Shown here piece by piece: positions 60,044 through 64,000 of a stretch of 64,000 nucleotides of DNA (the stretch's first letter is position 1; each line of letters opens with the position of its first letter). The stretch is taken from contig JAEOSU010000037.1 in assembly GCA_016840165.1 (NCBI GenBank), positions 20,100 through 84,099 on the forward strand, in the 5' to 3' direction. The stretch comes from Promethearchaeota archaeon. Its GTDB lineage: Archaea > Asgardarchaeota > Lokiarchaeia > Sigyniarchaeales > SOKP01. The position numbers and the translations under genes are program-made. The notes beneath the pieces were generated by a model, which saw only the letters and a list, made by a program, of their open reading frames with translations, searched no databases and was not told the DNA's origin.

Positions 60044-60753
60044 AAGCAAAAATCGCAGTTCTCATGTTTCCCGGTAGTAATTGTGATTTAGATACAGTAC
60101 ATGTGCTTAAAAATGTGATAAAAGTAGAAACAGATTTAGTATGGCATAATCATTTTAAAGAAGAGAATTATGACGGGGTTATTTTACCGGGCGGATTTGC
60201 ATTTGGAGATTATTTAAGAGCTGGTATCATCGCAGCACATAGTCCAGCTATCGATGAGGCTAAAGTAATGCTTAAGGATGGAAGACCAGTAATTGGTATT
60301 TGCAATGGATTTCAAATTTTAACTGAGGCACAATTTCTCCCAGGAGCACTGCTTCAGAACGATTCTCTTAAATTTGTTTGTAAGTGGGTTAATCTTGTCG
60401 TAGAGAACAATAATACTGCACTCTCAAATAAGATGAAAGAAGGAGAAGTTATCGATATACCAATTGCTCATGGTGAAGGACGCTTCTTCACAGATAATCT
60501 AAAAGAGTTAGAGGAAAATAATCAAATTGTCTTTCGTTATGCAGATGAGCAGGGAAAAGTCACCAAAGATTCCAATCCAAATGGATCTTTGGGAAATATA
60601 GCAGGAATATGCAATTTAGAACGAAATTGTGTTGGATTAATGCCTCATCCTGAACGCGCTTCTGAGGTAATTTTATCTCCAAAAAAAACGACTCATGGCC
60701 GATTATTTTTTGAATCAATGATGGAATATATTGGGAGGAGGATACTTCAATGA
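60040..60753 (+). CDS. purQ: FGAM synthase glutaminase subunit PurQ
   Basis: FPGSNCD, PGGFAFGDYLRAG, GICNGFQ, PIAHGEG, NPNGS, MPHPER. Confidence 0.96.
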   Translation: MKAKIAVLMFPGSNCDLDTVHVLKNVIKVETDLVWHNHFKEENYDGVILPGGFAFGDYLRAGIIAAHSPAIDEAKVMLKDGRPVIGICNGFQILTEAQFLPGALLQNDSLKFVCKWVNLVVENNNTALSNKMKEGEVIDIPIAHGEGRFFTDNLKELEENNQIVFRYADEQGKVTKDSNPNGSLGNIAGICNLERNCVGLMPHPERASEVILSPKKTTHGRLFFESMMEYIGRRILQ

Positions 60754-62996
60754 CTAAAGTAAATCTAAATGGGGAAGAAGTAAATGTAGAAATGACGAAA
60801 AATGAATATGAGAAAGTTAAAGAATTATTAAATAGAGAGCCAACTATTACTGAGCTTGGAGCATTTGATGTAATGTGGAGTGAACATTGCTCATACAAGT
60901 CATCTCGTCCTAAATTGAAATTATTTGAGGATGCTGAAGCGGAATATGACTATGTACTTGCGGGACCTGGTCAAGATGCAGGAGTTATAGATATTGGTGA
61001 TGGATATGCTTTAGCTTTTAGAATAGAATCACATAATCATCCCTCAGCAATTGAACCTTACCATGGTGCTGCTACGGGAATCGGAGGAATTATTCGAGAC
61101 ATTCTCTGTATGGGAGTTCGACCTATAGCATTATTAGATCCATTAAGATTTGGTAGATTAAAGAATAATCCTCATTCACAATGGTTGTTTAAGTATGTTG
61201 TAAAAGGTATTGCAGATTACGGTAATTGTACGGGAATTCCAACGATAGGGGGAGAAGTAGAGTTTGATGAAAGTTTTGAAAGTAATTGTTTAGTCAACGT
61301 AGCATGTATTGGTTTAGGTAATATTGAGGATTATAAACACGCTCCCAGTAGAGCATATAATCCTGGGGATTATGTAATACTGATGGGTGGATCTACTGGA
61401 CGTGATGGAATTCACGGGGTCACCTTTGCATCTCGTACTTTAACAGAGATGTCTGAAGCAGATAGACCGGCAGTTCAAATTGGTGATCCATTCACCAAAA
61501 AAATGATTATTGAAGCTACAATAGAAGCTGTTAAAACAGGTTATGTAAGAGGGTTAAAAGATCTTGGTGGTGGAGGTTTAACCTGTGCCACTAGCGAGTT
61601 AACGGGAGATGGGAACACGGGAGCAAAAATAGATTTGAAAAACGTATTCACGAGAGAACCGGGCATGAACTCTTACGAATTAATGTTATCTGAATCTCAA
61701 GAAAGGATGGCTTTTGTCGTTAAACCAGAAGGTTTAGATACAATTTTGGAAATATTTCGAAAATATGAGATGAATTTTGCCGTTCTTGGAAGAACTGACG
61801 ATTCAAAAGTATTAAAAGTATTTTATGGTGATCAGTTAGTAGTTAGTCTACCCGCAAAAGCGCTTTCTGAATCACCAACATTTAAAAGACAAGAGAAGCG
61901 TCCCTCTTATTTAGATGAATTACTGAGGCAAAAAACGCCAACACCATCACTAGGATTTGATGAGAATATATTTCAATTAATAGCTTCGGAGAATATTTGT
62001 AGTAAGGAATGGGTATACCGGCAATATGATCATGAAGTAGGAGTTCGATCCGTAGTTAAGTGTGGAGAGGGAGATTCAGGTGTCTTAAGAATAATAGGGA
62101 CTAATAAATTTATCGCAGCAAGTGTTGGCGTTAATTCTAAGCATTGTTATCTAGATCCTTATGAAGGAGCTAAAGGGGGGTTAGTTGAAGTCTGTGGAAA
62201 TGTTCTTGCAAACGGAGCGAAACCGATGGCTATGGTGAATTGCTGTAATTTTGGTAATCCAGAAATTTCCGAATCTTATTGGTATTTTTCTAAAGCTGTG
62301 GAAGGGATGAATGATTTCTGTAGAAAATTGAAAATTCCAATCGTTGGAGGGAATGTCTCTTTCTATAATGAAGACGAGGTTAAAAAGACCGCGATTAAAG
62401 CTACTCCAATGATTATGGTGGTAGGATTGATTGAAGGAGAGGAGAAAATAATCACTTTACCTTTCAAAAGTCCAGGTAATGATATTTTTTTAATTGGAAG
62501 TACTAAAAAAGAATTAGGGGGATCTGAATATCATTCTATAATTCACAATATTGAAGGAGGTCAACCCCCTAAAGTCGATGAGAACCAAATTAGAGCTACT
62601 TGGGATTTTCTCTTGAAATTATATCAAGAAAAATTAGTTAAATCAAATCACGATGTAAATAAAGGCGGATTCATAATTACCATTATAGAGATGTGCTTTA
62701 AAAATGAACTAGGGGCAGATCTTGATCTTAGTGGTGTTAATATCGATAATTTACGAGATGATGAGCTTTTGTTTAGTGAATCTGTAGGGCGATTTATAAT
62801 TGAAACAGATCCTAACAGCTATGATATGATAACTGAATTAGCTAATAGATATGGTGTTTTTGCTCAGAAAGTTGGAGTTGTAGATAAAAAACCACATATT
62901 CGGATAGAAGGTTTAGCAGTAGGTTCATTAGAACTTGATGTTCATAAACTGAAAAATCTATATGAATCGACCATTCCAAATCTAATGGAAATTTAA
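60750..62996 (+). CDS. purL: FGAM synthase subunit PurL
   Basis: MWSEHCSYKSS, ESHNHPSA.EPY.GAATG.GGI.RD, DLGGGG, LSESQERM, QYDHEV, GGNVSFYN. Confidence 0.97.
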   Translation: MTKVNLNGEEVNVEMTKNEYEKVKELLNREPTITELGAFDVMWSEHCSYKSSRPKLKLFEDAEAEYDYVLAGPGQDAGVIDIGDGYALAFRIESHNHPSAIEPYHGAATGIGGIIRDILCMGVRPIALLDPLRFGRLKNNPHSQWLFKYVVKGIADYGNCTGIPTIGGEVEFDESFESNCLVNVACIGLGNIEDYKHAPSRAYNPGDYVILMGGSTGRDGIHGVTFASRTLTEMSEADRPAVQIGDPFTKKMIIEATIEAVKTGYVRGLKDLGGGGLTCATSELTGDGNTGAKIDLKNVFTREPGMNSYELMLSESQERMAFVVKPEGLDTILEIFRKYEMNFAVLGRTDDSKVLKVFYGDQLVVSLPAKALSESPTFKRQEKRPSYLDELLRQKTPTPSLGFDENIFQLIASENICSKEWVYRQYDHEVGVRSVVKCGEGDSGVLRIIGTNKFIAASVGVNSKHCYLDPYEGAKGGLVEVCGNVLANGAKPMAMVNCCNFGNPEISESYWYFSKAVEGMNDFCRKLKIPIVGGNVSFYNEDEVKKTAIKATPMIMVVGLIEGEEKIITLPFKSPGNDIFLIGSTKKELGGSEYHSIIHNIEGGQPPKVDENQIRATWDFLLKLYQEKLVKSNHDVNKGGFIITIIEMCFKNELGADLDLSGVNIDNLRDDELLFSESVGRFIIETDPNSYDMITELANRYGVFAQKVGVVDKKPHIRIEGLAVGSLELDVHKLKNLYESTIPNLMEI

Positions 62997-63130
62997 TGTT
63001 TTTTATTGTAATTCAAAGATTGAAAGATTTGTACGTTCTTATAACACGAACATTTAAAAAATAATTAGAAATTAGAAATATTTTACATTTTTATGTGTAT
63101 ATAGGGTTAATACATATAGGTGTATAGGCT

Positions 63131-63379
63131 ATAAGGGTTCGAGCTTGTGTTAAATGTAAAGAGTATGTTGTTATTCATCCTAATAATCCTATAAATCAGA
63201 ATTTGATTTCGGTATTCGAAAAAAATCACCGACAGCATACGCTTATTACCGTAAATTTAGATGAGGTTAAAGAATCATATCAAATTTTTAAAGCCAATAG
63301 CTCTACAGAGAACTTAAAGGATTACGGCCAAAATGGAGAGTTTAAATATAGTCCAGAATCATTGAAAAATTCTCTATAA
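63131..63379 (+). CDS. Small putative Zn-binding protein (CxxC...HxxH); probable ATA start
   Basis: (M)RVRACVKCKEYVVIHPNNP...FEKNHRQHTLITVNLDEVK, 82 codons; AGGTG SD 8 nt before ATA; in-frame TAG two codons upstream. Confidence 0.65.
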   Translation: MRVRACVKCKEYVVIHPNNPINQNLISVFEKNHRQHTLITVNLDEVKESYQIFKANSSTENLKDYGQNGEFKYSPESLKNSL

Positions 63380-64000
63380 CTAGATGGGGTTTTATTGATT
63401 TGTTTGAATCTTCATAAGATTTACCCTTACCGGTTCTAACTAATAATCCTTTTAAACCTGCGTTTAATGCTCCTTGAATATCTGAAAAGAGATCATCACC
63501 TACAACCAAGATCTCTTTTTTGTCTAAGTTAATCTTCTTTAATGCCTGGATATAAAAGTGTTTTGATGGTTTTCCAAATATCTCTGCGGATGAGTTAGAG
63601 GCATTTGAGAGCATTTTTATGAATGAACCTGTATCCAAGACAGGTTCACCGTTCCGATCGAGATAATAAATATTTCCTTGACTTCCTATTAGTTTAGCAC
63701 CTTTTAAGACATATTTAAATGCTTGATTAAGACGCTTGACGTCCCAATTGTCATGAAAATCACATAATATAACAAAATCTGGGACTTCAGAACCTGTTAT
63801 TTGTGGAAATTCTTGGAATTCCCTTTCAACTTCCCTGGTTGTTACAAAATATGATTTTTTATCTAAATTTTCATTTAAAAATTCCTTGAGTGCTATAATT
63901 GGTGTATAGATCTCATTATAATCCACTTCAAAACCATAATCTATTAACGTTTTAAAAACTGTTTGCGGAGATTTACTATCTGTGTTTGTAAAAAATAATA
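63342..64000 (-). CDS. HAD-IIA phosphatase (LHPP/HDHD2-like), 5' end outside the window
   Basis: FFTNT, LDTGSF, FGKPS, VVGDDLFSDIQGA...LVRTGK; frame open to the window edge. Confidence 0.9.
   Translation of the reverse strand, partial: LFFTNTDSKSPQTVFKTLIDYGFEVDYNEIYTPIIALKEFLNENLDKKSYFVTTREVEREFQEFPQITGSEVPDFVILCDFHDNWDVKRLNQAFKYVLKGAKLIGSQGNIYYLDRNGEPVLDTGSFIKMLSNASNSSAEIFGKPSKHFYIQALKKINLDKKEILVVGDDLFSDIQGALNAGLKGLLVRTGKGKSYEDSNKSIKPHLVIENFSMILDYI

Noticed and set aside
132-60898. About 35 short ORFs in the track lying antisense to or out of frame within longer genes (e.g. 132..392, 10160..10444, 31547..31885, 32690..33106, 44104..44439, 60560..60898)
   Set aside because: They overlap well-supported genes and have no motifs; typical shadow ORFs
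1-64000. Selenocysteine or pyrrolysine read-through, tRNA/rRNA genes, CRISPR arrays, transposases, inteins
   Set aside because: No gene appeared interrupted by an in-frame TGA/TAG with continuing homology; no GC-rich structured RNA gene, repeat-spacer array or transposase motif was seen by eye; RadA and AtpA have normal lengths. A computational scan would be needed to exclude short elements

Overview
A 64-kb, very AT-rich, gene-dense archaeal chromosomal segment. Archaeal RadA, a tRNA-splicing endonuclease, an A/V-type ATPase, GGTGA-type Shine-Dalgarno (SD) sites and many lineage-specific coiled-coil or membrane ORFs suggest an Asgard archaeon, probably Lokiarchaeia (inference; no database search was run). 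Contents in order: CoiA-like nuclease and an RHH regulator; an alpha-glucan/sugar-nucleotide locus (GalT-like, NDP-sugar pyrophosphorylase, giant GH13, degenerate PGM/PMM); radA and housekeeping genes; endA; a nine-subunit V/A-ATPase operon in the order K-C-H-F-E-A-B-D-I; FprA, tandem VIT1 transporters and a ferritin-like protein; a 2-hydroxyacyl-CoA dehydratase system with an orphan paralog; a B12-binding glutamate-mutase-like fusion coupled to an opine dehydrogenase behind a long, possibly structured leader; a second GH13; glmS, an SIS-only paralog and glmM; an alkyl-DHAP-synthase-like/Fe-S/FGGY-kinase operon; purC, purS, purQ, purL; and a partial HAD phosphatase. No rRNA, tRNA, CRISPR array or mobile element was recognised. 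The most striking observation is that four genes appear to start at non-canonical codons (three ACG, one ATA, all followed by AG); in one case the ACG aligns exactly with the Met of a paralog in the same window. Two small Zn-binding ORFs absent from the supplied ORF track were also found.
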